Positions 1 through 11,759 of a stretch of DNA of 64,000 bases are shown one piece after another. Source of the stretch: Pelagomonas calceolata (taxonomy: Eukaryota); assembly GCA_918797485.1 (NCBI GenBank), contig CAKKNE010000001.1:496001-560000 (forward strand). Reading direction: 5' to 3'. The notes beneath the pieces are model-generated. The model worked only from the letters and a program-made list of their open reading frames with translations, made no database searches and was not told where the DNA came from. The position numbers and the translations under genes are program-made. Position 1 is the first letter of the stretch; every line of letters begins with the position of its first letter.

Positions 1-220
1 ACAAGGAGTCGGCGGTCCTGTCTGAGCTGTGTTGAGGCGTCGGAGGCATGTGGTTTGCTGTCCTGCGCTTTTTTTTACCCGCACGATCGAGATCACGTCG
101 ATCATTGCAAGAGCCTGCAAGAGCCTAAATCTTGCCGGTGCATGCATCGTCGTCGTCGTACCATTGTCCAGAATGGATGCAGGCTAGGGCTTGCATGAAT
201 GCCACAAGCTAGGGGCAGCG

Positions 221-1144
221 ATGCGGCACCGGAAGAGCCTTGGGGCAGCTCTTTGGGCAGCAGCCGGGCTCTTGCTCCGCGTGCGGCTGGCGACGGCGCA
301 GCGTATCCACCTGAAGGGCGAGCCTAAATCCGGGACGACGTGGTTCGAGGCGCTCTTCGTACAGCTAGGGATGCTCTGCGTCAAAGATTGTCAAATGTGG
401 ACGACGCGAGGCACTACACGCGACCGCGCCCTCCACATGCACATACGACAAGGCAATCGCACGACGGTGGAGGTCACAACGGTGAAGAAACACACGATCC
501 CGGACATGGTCGGGGGCTGCGTGGCGCACCCGAACACCCTAGTCCACGTTCGCGCGCCGTGCGCGCTCACGGAGGCGAGCGACGAGCGCGATGTTGAGAC
601 CTGCGCGGCGCGCTGTCGGGGCGCATCTTCGAAAGTAAAATATTGCGGTACGACTCGTCGGAGGCCGTGTGCAAATCAACCCGTGCATGAAACGGACGCC
701 GCCGCCCACATCCACCGCGACCCGCGCGCCGTCGCCGTGAGCGCCTGCTACCACCTCCACCAGGAGGCGGATCTAGACGGCTGCGTGCGCGAGCGCTACG
801 TGACGACGGCCCTCTGGATGCGCTTTCGTCAGGCCTGGTTCTCTGACCGCGCGCTGCTAGACGTCGCCTACGAGGATCTCGTGCGGTGTCCCCACGAGTC
901 CCTCCGCCGCATGGCCGCGGCGCTCGGGTTTCCGGCCGTAGCTGACGCGGCGCTGGCGCGCGCCCTGGATGCGGCGGCCGGCGCACGGACGCGCCACAGG
1001 CACCACGTTGGCACCTACCGCGACGACCCACGCCTCGGCAACGCGACGCTCGCCTGGATGGACGCGATTCATGCCCGCCTCAACTTCAGCGAGGCCTACG
1101 CGGCCGGCTCTTGTTCCACGGTGCGAGGGGATACTGACTTTTAG
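221..1144 (+). CDS. Sulfotransferase-domain protein, probably secreted or Golgi
   Basis: PAPS-binding motif GEPKSGTTW, plus HRDPRAVAVS and YEDL motifs; hydrophobic N-terminus; first in-frame ATG at 221. Confidence 0.7.
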   Translation: MRHRKSLGAALWAAAGLLLRVRLATAQRIHLKGEPKSGTTWFEALFVQLGMLCVKDCQMWTTRGTTRDRALHMHIRQGNRTTVEVTTVKKHTIPDMVGGCVAHPNTLVHVRAPCALTEASDERDVETCAARCRGASSKVKYCGTTRRRPCANQPVHETDAAAHIHRDPRAVAVSACYHLHQEADLDGCVRERYVTTALWMRFRQAWFSDRALLDVAYEDLVRCPHESLRRMAAALGFPAVADAALARALDAAAGARTRHRHHVGTYRDDPRLGNATLAWMDAIHARLNFSEAYAAGSCSTVRGDTDF

Positions 1145-1180
1145 ATATGTACTAGGGGGAGAGGGGGGCAGGCGCCCGGT

Positions 1181-2545
1181 CTAGATCTTGCCCATGCGCG
1201 AGAGCACCGACGCCGTCCCGCCGAGCACGGCGAGGACGTAGCCCATGACGTTGATCGAGCGGCACGCGAGCTTCTCGGCGCCGCCCAGCGCGAGCTTGCC
1301 CTTCTTGCAGGCCGAGAGCGCGATCTGCGACGGGATCACGTAGATGATGGCCGATCCGAGGATGGCGCCGCCGAAGGCGACGACGAAGCCGAGGTCCGTG
1401 ATCTTGATGCCGGCCAGCACCGTGAGGGCCACCATGGCGATCGTCGCCGGCGTGCGCTGCTTCTCCTGGTTCGCCGGGCTGACCTTGGCAATATCAAAAT
1501 AGCCGTCGCGCACGCCCTTGAAGAGCAACGGGTACGTGCACGCGACGGCGACGCCCACCAGCGCGCGCGCGGCGTTCGCGAGCTTGTCGGCGCCGGCGAA
1601 GGAGTTGAGGATGAGGCCTTGGCTCGCGGCGCCGAAGGTGCGGTGGCCCGCCGCCGCGATGGCGACGAAGAAGCCCACGGCCATGGCGAAGCCGCCGTAG
1701 ACGACGCGGTTGTAGCGCGGCAGCGTCGGGTTCTCGAGCTCGTCATAGTAGGCCGCGGCGTTGTAGTGCGCGAGGTACGACGTGGCGAGCATGGAGATAA
1801 AGAGGAGCGAGCCGCCCGGCGAGAAGGCGCCGCCGAACTTCGGTAAAGCCTTGCCCTCCTTGACAAGCGCCGCGGCGAGGCGCCCGCCCTTCTGGTACGT
1901 GCCATCTAACGCTCTTAACACGGTCACGCCCGCCGTGTACAACATACCGCCCAGGCCAATGATCGACGCCGGCGCCAACGACTTCAGGTCCCGGAGCATC
2001 GAGAGCGGGAAGAGCACGGCGGCTCCAAAGAGCGACAAGAACACATCCCGACGCTTGAGGAGCTCGGGCACGGCCGCGCCCGACAGGAGCGACCCCGCCG
2101 TGTCCCCGATGATGATGCAGTAGGCGATGCAGCCCACAAGAGTCTTGAAGGTCGTGATGCCCGTGATGAGCGCGCCGCTGTCCTTGTCGACGGCCGACTC
2201 CCAGGCGCCGCGGTACGTCGTCGTGCCCGTCGCGGCGCAGGCGCGGCCCACGAGCGCGAAGCAGTACGCGGAGACGAGGCCGAGGCCGGCGATGAGGCCG
2301 CACGCCGGCACCGCGGCCTTCTTCGACGCGCTGCAGGCGGCGATGCCCGCCGGGAGGGACAAGACGCCCGCTCCTACAATGTTCTTCGCGAGGTTGAGCG
2401 TCGACGACGTCACGGACGACTTGGACGCGACGGCCGCGCCGCCGGCTTCGGCTGGTACCCTTAGTTTGGGGACGGGCGCGCGGCGAGTGGGTTTCAGCAA
2501 GGCATTCGCTGCCGGGGCGAGCGCTATGAAGGTCAAGAGGCGCAT
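1181..2545 (-). CDS. Amino acid transporter (Aa_trans, SLC38/SLC36-like) with signal peptide
   Basis: NLAKNIVGAGVLSLP motif, many hydrophobic helices, YPL motif, N-terminal presequence. Confidence 0.9.
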   Translation of the reverse strand: MRLLTFIALAPAANALLKPTRRAPVPKLRVPAEAGGAAVASKSSVTSSTLNLAKNIVGAGVLSLPAGIAACSASKKAAVPACGLIAGLGLVSAYCFALVGRACAATGTTTYRGAWESAVDKDSGALITGITTFKTLVGCIAYCIIIGDTAGSLLSGAAVPELLKRRDVFLSLFGAAVLFPLSMLRDLKSLAPASIIGLGGMLYTAGVTVLRALDGTYQKGGRLAAALVKEGKALPKFGGAFSPGGSLLFISMLATSYLAHYNAAAYYDELENPTLPRYNRVVYGGFAMAVGFFVAIAAAGHRTFGAASQGLILNSFAGADKLANAARALVGVAVACTYPLLFKGVRDGYFDIAKVSPANQEKQRTPATIAMVALTVLAGIKITDLGFVVAFGGAILGSAIIYVIPSQIALSACKKGKLALGGAEKLACRSINVMGYVLAVLGGTASVLSRMGKI

Positions 2546-2963
2546 TGTCTTTGCACTTGCCGGTCTTTTTGCACGATTGCTCTCTGATGCACTGAGGCTA
2601 GTTCAGGTCTCAGCAATGCGTTTCGGTGGAGGCAGCGCTTGTAGTGGACGACTGGCAACGAGGAGTTGCAGCAAAGCTGTCAGCGATGCACCTTGGGAAT
2701 GCGCGCGCGGCGTATTTGCAACCTCTTTTGAGGCTGAGGCTGAGCTGTGTGAGCGTGCGGGGGAAAAAAGCCATGCGGCGAACTGGTCCGAAATCCGTTG
2801 TTTGGGTCCGGATTCGTCGGCTGGGCGAGCCTGCCGGCCCCTCTTGCGACCTAGACCTGACCGCGCGACGCACCGGCGGTGCTGAGGAGAAGAAAGGTCG
2901 CATGCGGGAACCTCCGCCCACTAGTCCTAGCACCGCAACAGAGAAGGAAAAAAAACGACAAAG

Positions 2964-3444
2964 CTACCTACAATCCTCGTTCGCAAACGCGTCGAGCGCC
3001 GCGAGCGCCGTCCGCAGGTCCTCCTCCGACGCCGCGTACGACAGCCGGATGCCCGTCGGCGCGCCGAACGCGTCGCCGGGCACCAATGCCAGCTTCCGCT
3101 TCTTCAGGAGGAGCTTGCAGAAGTTCGTCGACGTGCCGACGCGCTCGCCGTCGACGGTCAGGTCGAGGCAGGGCGCGACATCACAAAAAACGTAGAAGGC
3201 GCCCTCCGGCGGCGGCGGCGCGGCGACGCGGCCGTTCCGGGCCGCTTTTTCCAGTAATTCGAGCACCAGATCCCGCCTTCTTTTAAATTCAGCAATATCA
3301 TCGTCGAGCGCGTTGCTCGGCAAGTTCAGCGCCGCGACGCCCGCGGCCTGCGCCAGGGACGACGCGCAGGACGTGATCTGGCCCTGGATCTTCGCGCAGG
3401 CCTTGGCTACCGGTTGCGGCGCCGCGAGATACCCCAACCTAAAA

Positions 3445-3478
<34 letters not shown>

Positions 3479-4286
3479 TCGTCACGGTGCGCGACCAGGC
3501 GCTCGGACCGAGTGCCGCGAAGGCCACGTGGGGCGTGCCGTAATTTAGCTGCTCGTAGATCTCGTCGGCGACGACCCAGACCTTTTTGCCGGTCTTGGCC
3601 TCGTGGTCGTCGAGGACTTTCAGGAGAGCTCTTTGCTGCGCCTCGCTCACGAGACAGCCCGTGGGGTTCGACGGGTTGCACAGTATCAATGCTTTCGTAT
3701 TCGGCTTCAGAGCATTTTGTAATTGCGCAGGGGTCAGCGCGAAGCCGTCGTCGATGGACGTCGATACGGTGGTGTAAGAAGCCCCGCACATGTCGACCAT
3801 GGACGGGTAGGAGACCCAGTAGGGCGCCGGGAGGATGACGTCGTCGCCGGGGCCGCAGAGCGCCATGAGCGCCTCGTAGACGGCCTGCTTCGCGCCGTTC
3901 GCCACGACGATCTCCCCGGGGTCGTATTCAACATGCTTTCTCTCTTTCAAATCCCGGGCGATGGCGCTCCGCAATTCGCCGGTACCGGTAACCTCCGTGT
4001 ACCTCGTCAGACCTTTCATGGCCGCCTCCCCAATCGCCTCCAAAATCTCCCGCTGCGGCGCGAAGTCCGGCTCGCCGACGCACAAGGACACGACGGTCTC
4101 GCCCGCGGCCTTCATCTGTAAAGTTAACGCGTGGACCTCGATCGTCGCGCTCGGCTTGAGGGACGTGACGAGGGGCGAGAGCTCCGGTTCTTGCAGGGTT
4201 GTCGCGCGCAATTTCTGGGGCCTTTTTACATTGTTGAATTGCCAGGCGTTCGCGAGCGCCGCGACGAGGAGCAGCTTGGGTGCCAT
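2964..4286 (-). CDS. Class Ib aspartate/prephenate aminotransferase, likely plastid-targeted
   Basis: SLCVGEPDF, CNPSNPTG, DEIY and PLP-lysine motif GFSKAYAMTGFRLG; signal peptide ending ANA-W. Confidence 0.9.
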
Positions 4287-4646
4287 TGTAGAAGTGTGCT
4301 GCACGCGCCGCGGCGGCTATAATGTGCACAACTGGTTGGTGAGGTGAGCACTGACGACCGTTCAGCGCTGGACGCGAGCCGTGCGCTAATTTGGTGTGCT
4401 TTACGGCGTGGACTAGCTGCTTGACCTCGAGCTGCACTCGCCGCCAAGGCTCGCGTGCCAGTGGAGTGCGACGCGCCTAGCCGACGCCTGCACCTACAAA
4501 CTTCACGAACAGTCGCACTTGTGCGAAATCCAGTCCAGGAGTAATCGTGCTCCGTCCGGCAGCGCCTGTCCGCTTGCAAAAAGTCGTCCTTGCACAGCAG
4601 TGCAAAACTGCTACAACTCCCGACCGTCGTGCCGCGAGAAGAGAAG

Positions 4647-6018
4647 ATGCTCAAGCTCTCAACATTAGCAGTCGTCGCGTTGGGCTACACGCCGCCGGGC
4701 CGCGCGCGCCAGCCACTGACGCCGCACGCAGCTTCATCAGGCTACATCGCGGACATCCCGCAAGGCGCGCCGGACGCCATTTTAGGAATAGCGCAGGCCT
4801 TCCGCGAAAGCAATGCAGAGAACAAGGTGAATCTGGCCGTCGGCGCTTATAGGGATGACGGCGGCGTGCCCTTCGTGCTGCCGTCCGTAAGCGAGGCCGA
4901 GCGCCGCATTCTGGAGCGAGGAGAAAAAAAGGAGTATGCTCCCATCGACGGCCTGGCGGACTACACGAAGCTGGCCTTGCAGTTCGCCTACGGCGACTGC
5001 GCGCCTCTCAAGGAGGGCCGCATCGCGGGCGTGCAGACGCTGTCCGGGACGGGCGCGTGCCGCATCGCGGGCGAGTTCTACGCGCGCTTCCTGCCGGAGG
5101 GCACGGCGATCTACGCTTCTGATCCTACCTGGGGCAACCACATCCCGATTATGAAATTAGCCGGCTTGGAGGTCAAAAGGTACAAGTACCTGGACCGGGC
5201 GACGAATACGCTGGATTTTGACGGGTTCATGAGTGATTTGGAAGCGGCACCATCGGGCTCGATCTTCCTGCTCCACGCGTGCGCGCACAACCCGACGGGC
5301 GTCGACCCGACGCCGGAGCAGTGGCGCGTTGCCGCGTGGAACTCAAGTGGGGACCTAATTCACTGGTCGATTTCCACGCAGGCGCGCGATCTCGCAGAAG
5401 ATTTTGGAGAAGGGCCACCACGTGCTCATGGACTGCGCCTACCAGGGCTTCGCGAGCGGCGACGCGGAGAAGGACGCCTTCGCGATTCGGTTGTTCGTGG
5501 AAGAGGGCCATTCCTTACTGCTGGCGCAGTCCTTCGCGAAGAACTTTGGGTTATATGGCGAGCGCGTCGGCACTTTATCCGTATTATGCAAGGACAAGGA
5601 CGAAGCTGCCAGAGTCCTGTCGCAGCTCAAGCTCATCATCCGGCCCATGTACTCGTCGCCGCCGATCCACGGCGCGCTCATCGTCAAGGAAGTCCTATCG
5701 GACGCGGCGCTATCGAAGCAGTACTACGCGGAGTGCGCGGCCATGGCCGAGCGCATCGGCGGCATGCGTCTGCGACTCCGGGAGGAGATCGAGGCGGCGG
5801 GGTCGAAGCACGACTGGTCGCACGTGACCGATCAAATCGGCATGTTCGCCTTCACGGGCATGACGGCGGACATGTGCGACGAGCTGACGGCGGAGCACGC
5901 CATCTACCTCACGAAGGACGGCCGCATTTCTATTGCCGGGCTGAACGCGGGCAACGTCGCGACGGTCGCGCGCGCGATCCACGCCGTGACCGACGGTAAG
6001 GCGATTGGGAGCGGGTAA
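4647..6018 (+). CDS. Class Ia aspartate aminotransferase (GOT2-like); 2 exons, GC-AG intron 5324-5381
   Basis: NLAVGAYRD, QTLSGTGA, HACAHNPTGVD, AYQGFASG, SFAKNFGLYGERVG; removing 5324-5381 joins two ORFs as EQW-RAISQKILEKGH. Confidence 0.92.
5332..5381 (+). mobile_element. Introner-type TIR element, copy 1 (degenerate)
   Basis: Ends CCGCGTGGAACTC...GATTTCCACGCAG; flanks GCGCGTTG (5324-5331) and GCGCGCGA (5382-5389), 5/8 match. Confidence 0.8.
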
Positions 6019-6410
6019 GAAAGTAGTAGTCGATCCACGTTTCGATCCCGCACCTTCCGCCGCGGGACACCACATCACGAAAGGCCACTTCCGACGCCGC
6101 CAGCGCGTCGATAGGCGTCTGGTGTGTCGCTCTACTCCTGCCGTGCCGCTGACGGACGCTGACACTCCCATGTAGCCTAGGAGTTCACGTAGCCTAGTTT
6201 CGCAGCTTCGATGCCCGGGGCATCGCGTGCCGACGCCAATCGACGCGACACAGGCTGAGGCGGCCGCCCGAAAGGCAGCCCAGCAAGGTCCGAGAGGCAT
6301 CGCTCGCAGCGGCGCGAGGCAAGCCTAGTCAGCGCGGCAGCCCGGCGAGGGCAAAGCCAGACACAACCAGAGGCAGCCCAAAACAAGCAGGCCGAACCGC
6401 AGCGAAACGG

Positions 6411-7265
6411 ATGAGCAGCCGCAGCATCACCATGCCCGACCGGGAGCTCTCCTTCGTCAAGCGGCACTTTGGCACCGACGTCCTCGCCGCGGGCTGGCTT
6501 TTACTGTTAGCGACGTTCTTCTACACGGCGTATTCGATCCTGTTCCTCATGGAGATGTGGGGCGACACGTTCCCGCGGGTGTTTTTTGCGTGGGACAACT
6601 TGATCGCTTCTTTAGTTTTTGTCGTCGCGGGCGTGTACTTCGCACTACTAGGTTATCCGGCGGAGCTCGAGGAGTTCGAGCGGAGTTCTTTAGGCGTCGA
6701 TCTGGACCAATTATCATGGAGAGAAAAGTACTTCACGGCGAACAAATTTTTAATAGCCATCTGGATGTTTATATTTGCTTGTGGCTTTTACTACGCGGCA
6801 GGGATCGTGTGGATCATCTACGGCCAGCCTTTAGTGGGCGTGACCTTCCTTCTCAGTACTTTTGCGGGCCAGGCCGCGTGTTTTGTTTGGGCCTACGCGG
6901 CGATGCCGGCGAACATGCAGAGTAATGATGGCGCGGGCTCGTCCGTCTTGTACGACACGTGCTGCGGCTGCGACTGGCCCTGGCTGAAGGCGCGGATAGG
7001 CACGGACGCGTTATTGGGCAACTGGTTGTTTTTTATTGCGTGCTTCGGGGCCGGCTGCTACGGGTTCATCTACGTACTATTTCAGCCGGCGTCGGCGATG
7101 GCCTGGACCATGTTCGCCTTCGCGGCGAACATGGCTCTTGGAAGTTATTTATATCTGCGGGCCTTCGACCCCGAGACCGCGGGCGGGTCGCTCTTCTTCG
7201 GCGACTCCATTGAAGGCGTGGACAAGTCGCCGCTGATCCATTACGGGGCGACGAGTAGTGCATAA
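6411..7265 (+). CDS. Multi-pass membrane protein of unknown function
   Basis: 284-aa ATG ORF with about 6 hydrophobic segments and internally repeated G/F-T-D/N...W-L/M motifs. Confidence 0.75.
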   Translation: MSSRSITMPDRELSFVKRHFGTDVLAAGWLLLLATFFYTAYSILFLMEMWGDTFPRVFFAWDNLIASLVFVVAGVYFALLGYPAELEEFERSSLGVDLDQLSWREKYFTANKFLIAIWMFIFACGFYYAAGIVWIIYGQPLVGVTFLLSTFAGQAACFVWAYAAMPANMQSNDGAGSSVLYDTCCGCDWPWLKARIGTDALLGNWLFFIACFGAGCYGFIYVLFQPASAMAWTMFAFAANMALGSYLYLRAFDPETAGGSLFFGDSIEGVDKSPLIHYGATSSA

Positions 7266-7688
7266 TGTTAACAGTTTTTACCGTGCTCGTCGATGGCGCC
7301 TAGCCGGCTTCTATTCTCAGCGCTAGTATGTCAAAGCTAGGGTTATCAACGGTTTGGGCTGTAAAAACGCTGTGCTGCGGGCCTATACCGAACACGACAG
7401 CCGTTCAGCGCCGCCACCACAGCGCTGCGACCGCTGTGACTACGCACTGGCCTCGACGCCGCCGCGTACGCCGCTGCGCCGTCGCAAACTTATAAAACGC
7501 GGCTCCTAGCAAACTGTCTGCCGACGCGCAGAGCACGCCGCTGCGTTCCAGAGCCCTGCGCTGAACCGCCGCGTGTTTCCTTGCTGCAACAGGCGCTTCC
7601 GGACCCAACCTTGCGTCCGGCACCGCTTCCGCGCTACCGCTCCGCCGAGCCGAGCCGAGCCGTTGGCCCGCATTCTTGCTGTTGCAAG

Positions 7689-9716
7689 ATGGTTGACGGG
7701 GTTATCTTCAACAAGAAGAACACGGAACACACTGCCGAGGTCGAGCGCTGCGTAAAAGCCGCGAAGGCGCAGACGCCGCCCATCACCGATTCTGCAGCGC
7801 TGAAAGCTTATGTGCTGAAACACTCGACCTTCAAGTTCCGAACCGACGGCTCCAACAAAGAAAAGGTGGGCCGCTACGTCCGCGACAACTTCTGCACGGC
7901 GGCGGACATCGCGCCGCCGCAACCCGTATCGTGGCACAAGGACAAAACGCCGGCCTCGCCGCTCGACGATCTGATTCTGCCCGTGCTGCTCGTCGGCACG
8001 TTGATTGTGATCGCGTACTACAGCTGCATGCGGCAAAGCGTGTGTTACGCCTCCAAGTTGCGCGACCGCGGCCCGATCGGCTTCGCGCCGGCGGCGATGG
8101 AGGGCAAGACGGACAAAGAGAAAGATAAAGCCGCGAAGGACGCGGCGCTCTTCGAAACGTTAGTCGCCATGCTCATGCACCCGGACCACGAGGGCCAGGA
8201 GACGCTCATCAAGGACAAAAAACTGAGGAAGCGCGTCATGAAGGAGGTTAACAAGCGCCTCGCGGCCAAGGGCGTCGTGGCGCCGATCAAGGGCGGCGCG
8301 AAGAAGCGCATCGGCCCCGGCATGAAGCTGTCGGGCGACGGGAAGACCATTCTCGTGCCGTGGTACAAGGACGGCGTCCTCCAGCCCGAGGCCAAGTTCC
8401 CGTACGACACCGCGGGCCGGATCGCCGCCGCCCAGTTCGTCCTCGAGAGATGCGGCCACGCCGTGCGGCTCGCGCAGCTCAAGGAGAACCGCGAGGCCTT
8501 CGACAAGGGCGTCCCTCTCCACCTCCTCCCCCACAAGATCGGCCAGGCCGCCGTTGACGCGCGGGAGGGCAAGGCCCTCACGCTGCCGTTGTGGTTAGTG
8601 GAGTCGTCGGACGAGTCGTCGGACGAGTCGTCGGACGAGGATATGCTCGGCGCGCCCGACGACGCCGATGAAGAGGAGCGCGGCGCGCGGCCGCGGCGAC
8701 GCGCGCGCGTCAAACCCGCGGACGGCACGGACGTGAGCGACGACGACGAGGCGGCCGCGCGGCAGAAGAAGCGCGCGCGCGGCGCCGCGGCCGCGGCGGT
8801 TGTGAGCCGCGAACGGGTCGGCGAGTGGTTGCGGATCGCGCGGCGGCGACGCGCCGCCGCCGCGGACAGCTCCGACTCGGACGACGACTCGGACGAGGGC
8901 TCGGCCCAGTCGCGCGACGCCCGCGCCGCGGACGACGCGTCGCTGCTGCGGCGCGTCGTGGACGACGGCGAACTGCCGCTGTCGCTGCGCGAGCTCCCGA
9001 GCTGGAGACGCGGCGGCGCCGCTTCTGATGAAGATGACGATAGCGACGACGACTGGGCGGCGTCTTTGGGTCCGCCGCTGGTCTTCCATGCCGCCTACGT
9101 GGCGTTGGTCCGGGCCGTCGATTCCAGGAGCCGACGGGACGACGTGCCCGGCGAGTACTGCAGAGCTACGCGCGACGCCGCGCCCGTATGCAAGACGTTG
9201 GAGCGTATCCATGTCGATACCCTGCGCACCCACGACATCACGTTTGCGAGGAACTGGCAGTTCTTCTGGCCGTGCAACACGTCGCAGTTGTTGGGCATGG
9301 CCCACGCCGACGAGCGTCTTTACGGCTACTGGCAGGAAGCGCTGAGGCTCCCGCGGGAGCAGTGGCTCGACCACATTAATCTACGCTTCTGGGGCGACCG
9401 CGCGCTTGCGTGCCGGGTACTCCGGCGAGAGTACGGCATCGCCGAGGACGTGGAGCTGCCCGACGACCTCTTCGACGACCTGCGCGGGCTGTGGGTCGTC
9501 GCCGCGATGTACAATGCCGTGGAACTTCCGTTCTGCGCGCTCGTACTCCGGCCGGCCTCGCTAGACTGCCGCTGGTTTTCTCACGGCGCCGTCATTGACC
9601 CGTATGAGGTCAAGCGCTACTACGGTCACAAGCGCTTCAAAGTCGTCACTGAATCCGTCGCCCACGCCGAGGGCATCCGGAAGGTTATGGAACAGGCGGG
9701 CGTCTTAGGTCTCTAA
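7689..9716 (+). CDS. Hypothetical protein with one TM segment and acidic low-complexity tracts; may be two genes
   Basis: Long ORF with host-like GC3 bias; no family recognised. Confidence 0.5.
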   Translation: MVDGVIFNKKNTEHTAEVERCVKAAKAQTPPITDSAALKAYVLKHSTFKFRTDGSNKEKVGRYVRDNFCTAADIAPPQPVSWHKDKTPASPLDDLILPVLLVGTLIVIAYYSCMRQSVCYASKLRDRGPIGFAPAAMEGKTDKEKDKAAKDAALFETLVAMLMHPDHEGQETLIKDKKLRKRVMKEVNKRLAAKGVVAPIKGGAKKRIGPGMKLSGDGKTILVPWYKDGVLQPEAKFPYDTAGRIAAAQFVLERCGHAVRLAQLKENREAFDKGVPLHLLPHKIGQAAVDAREGKALTLPLWLVESSDESSDESSDEDMLGAPDDADEEERGARPRRRARVKPADGTDVSDDDEAAARQKKRARGAAAAAVVSRERVGEWLRIARRRRAAAADSSDSDDDSDEGSAQSRDARAADDASLLRRVVDDGELPLSLRELPSWRRGGAASDEDDDSDDDWAASLGPPLVFHAAYVALVRAVDSRSRRDDVPGEYCRATRDAAPVCKTLERIHVDTLRTHDITFARNWQFFWPCNTSQLLGMAHADERLYGYWQEALRLPREQWLDHINLRFWGDRALACRVLRREYGIAEDVELPDDLFDDLRGLWVVAAMYNAVELPFCALVLRPASLDCRWFSHGAVIDPYEVKRYYGHKRFKVVTESVAHAEGIRKVMEQAGVLGL

Positions 9717-10122
9717 TAATAATTACTTGCCAGTATTGCCTCGCCGCGGCCGCCCTCATGATCACTGACACAAATCTGGGTACCCACTTGCCACCGCGCT
9801 CCTTTTTCACGAGGTCTTTCGCTGACCATCCGATGACTTGAGTGAGGTCGCGGGGAAGCGGCCTCATCCTGAAAACGATTGCAATAATACTATGCTGAGT
9901 ATTTTTTTTTGGGATTGCTAGTGTCTTACCGGCCGCTAGCTCGGCCGCCAAGTTCGCGTCCGCTTTGCTTGTGATAGCGGCCTTCCGACTCCGCCGCGAA
10001 GCGGAGGCGGTTCTCGGCCGTCCACGTGGCGCCGCGCACGCGGCCGCGGCGCTCGGCGCCCGGACCGCCGACGGCGGGCACTCCTGGCAGCGACGCGTCG
10101 CAGAACTAACAACAGTCAGTGG

Positions 10123-11759
10123 TTACTCCATCTCCCCCGCCACGCCATCGACGAGGCCGTCGACCCAGTCCAGGAACGGCGCCGTCTCGTCGCGCATGGC
10201 CCGCATCGCGTAGTCCAGGTGGCCGCCCTCCACGTCGACGCGCGTGAAGGCGACGTCCGGCGCCGCCGCGTGGACCGCCGCGACGGCCTCGGCGCCGCTC
10301 GTGAGCGGCGCCGTCAGGTCCGCGGCGCCGTGCACGAGGAGCACTTTATCAGAGAACGTCTTCCCGCAAACGGGCGAGTAGGCGCGCATCTTGCCCGCGT
10401 AGGCAGCACCCAACGCCGAGACGTCGTGCACGCCGCGGCGGCTCTCGTGCGCGTAGTGCTCCTCGAACCGCAGCGGCTCTCGTGCGCGTGTTAACACTAA
10501 CACGCGAACCGCAGCGGGTGCCCGACGCCCTCGATGACCGGCGAGACGTCGGCCTGGGCGCACGCCGGCGTGCACCGCACCGTGCCGCGGTGGTGCGACC
10601 ACAACCCATCGAGCGTCGCGTCGTGGAGCTCCTTCCGCGCCTTCGTCCAGCCCAACGCCCCCTCGGAGAGGTCGCCGAGCAGCGCGCCGAGCGCCTTCGC
10701 CACGTTGTCGACGCGGACGGCCCCCACGAAGCAGAGGGCGAGCTGCCCGACCAGCGCGGGCCCGTCGTGGCCCGCCGTCGTCACGACGAGGACGCGGTTT
10801 TGGCCGACGAAGGGCGCCTTTGCCAACTTCGGCGCCGCGGCGGCGCGCCACGCGGCGTCGTCGAAGTCCAGCGCCTCGGCGGAGGACGCTTCCCCGCCGA
10901 GGGGCGGGAAGTCCCTTCTACACCCTTCTTCGTAGGGCCGCGTGACGGCGGCCTGGCACTCGTCGCTCACGAGGCCCTCGTTCGCGGCCAACACGCAGGC
11001 CGACGCATGGACCTGGCCCAGCGTCCTACAGTCCCCGCCCTCGCGCCACCGCGCCGCGACGAAGGCGAAGCCGTCGTAGAGCTGCGTCGGTATTTTCCGC
11101 GAGGCGAGGTGCCGGTGGAGCGCGCTCTCCGCTGCGAGGTGCCCGATTTTCTCGACTTGCGAGGCGTCGCAATGCGAGTCCTGGCCCAGGGCGTCGACGG
11201 CCCGGAAGACTTCTCGCGCGAGCTTGCCCGGTGCGACAAAGAACGCGTCTCCGACCGGCCAGGAGTGCTGCGACACGTAGACTCGATCTTCGTACAGCGA
11301 TTTGACGGGCGGAACGGCCGCGACCCACGCCAGGTCCGGTCGCGTCCTGACGACCCAATCATAACGCTTCCTCGCAGCCAATTCTGAGGCCTCGACCAAC
11401 GCGTAGCACGCGGCGGCCTTTGAGAGTTGCGCGTGGGCGTCGTCTTCGTCACTTCCGAGAGAGTCGTCCCGTACGCGCATGGTCACGCTGACAGGATTAA
11501 ACTCGCGCGCCGCGGCGTGCACCGCCTCGATTGAGGCATTCGGCGCCGGCAGCAAATCGTCCCGTTGTTGTGTGTTGTCAAGGGTAAGGTAGAAGAACGA
11601 ATCCACGGCTGCGCAGCCCAGCGCATCGACCATGCGCTCCTTGGCAAAGCGCCTCACCTGGGGCTGCATCAGGCCCACGGCATTGCCAGCAAAGCAGACT
11701 GCGCATTGCTGCGCGGCGGCGCGATGAAAGAGCAAGAGTAATGCGTGGGTACGCTTCAT
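10123..11759 (-). CDS. Secreted protein with an N-terminal RTRPDL (glycosyltransferase-like) domain and a C-terminal alpha/beta-hydrolase-like tail; frame broken by a 41-bp insert near 10477-10517
   Basis: AVCFAG...YDWVVRTRPDL...GDAFF in ORF 10497-11768; LLVHGAAD...GGH in the downstream frame. Confidence 0.55.

Noticed and set aside
8340..8450. Possible AP2-like DNA-binding segment in the 7689-9716 ORF
   Set aside because: Resemblance is too weak to call without an HMM search
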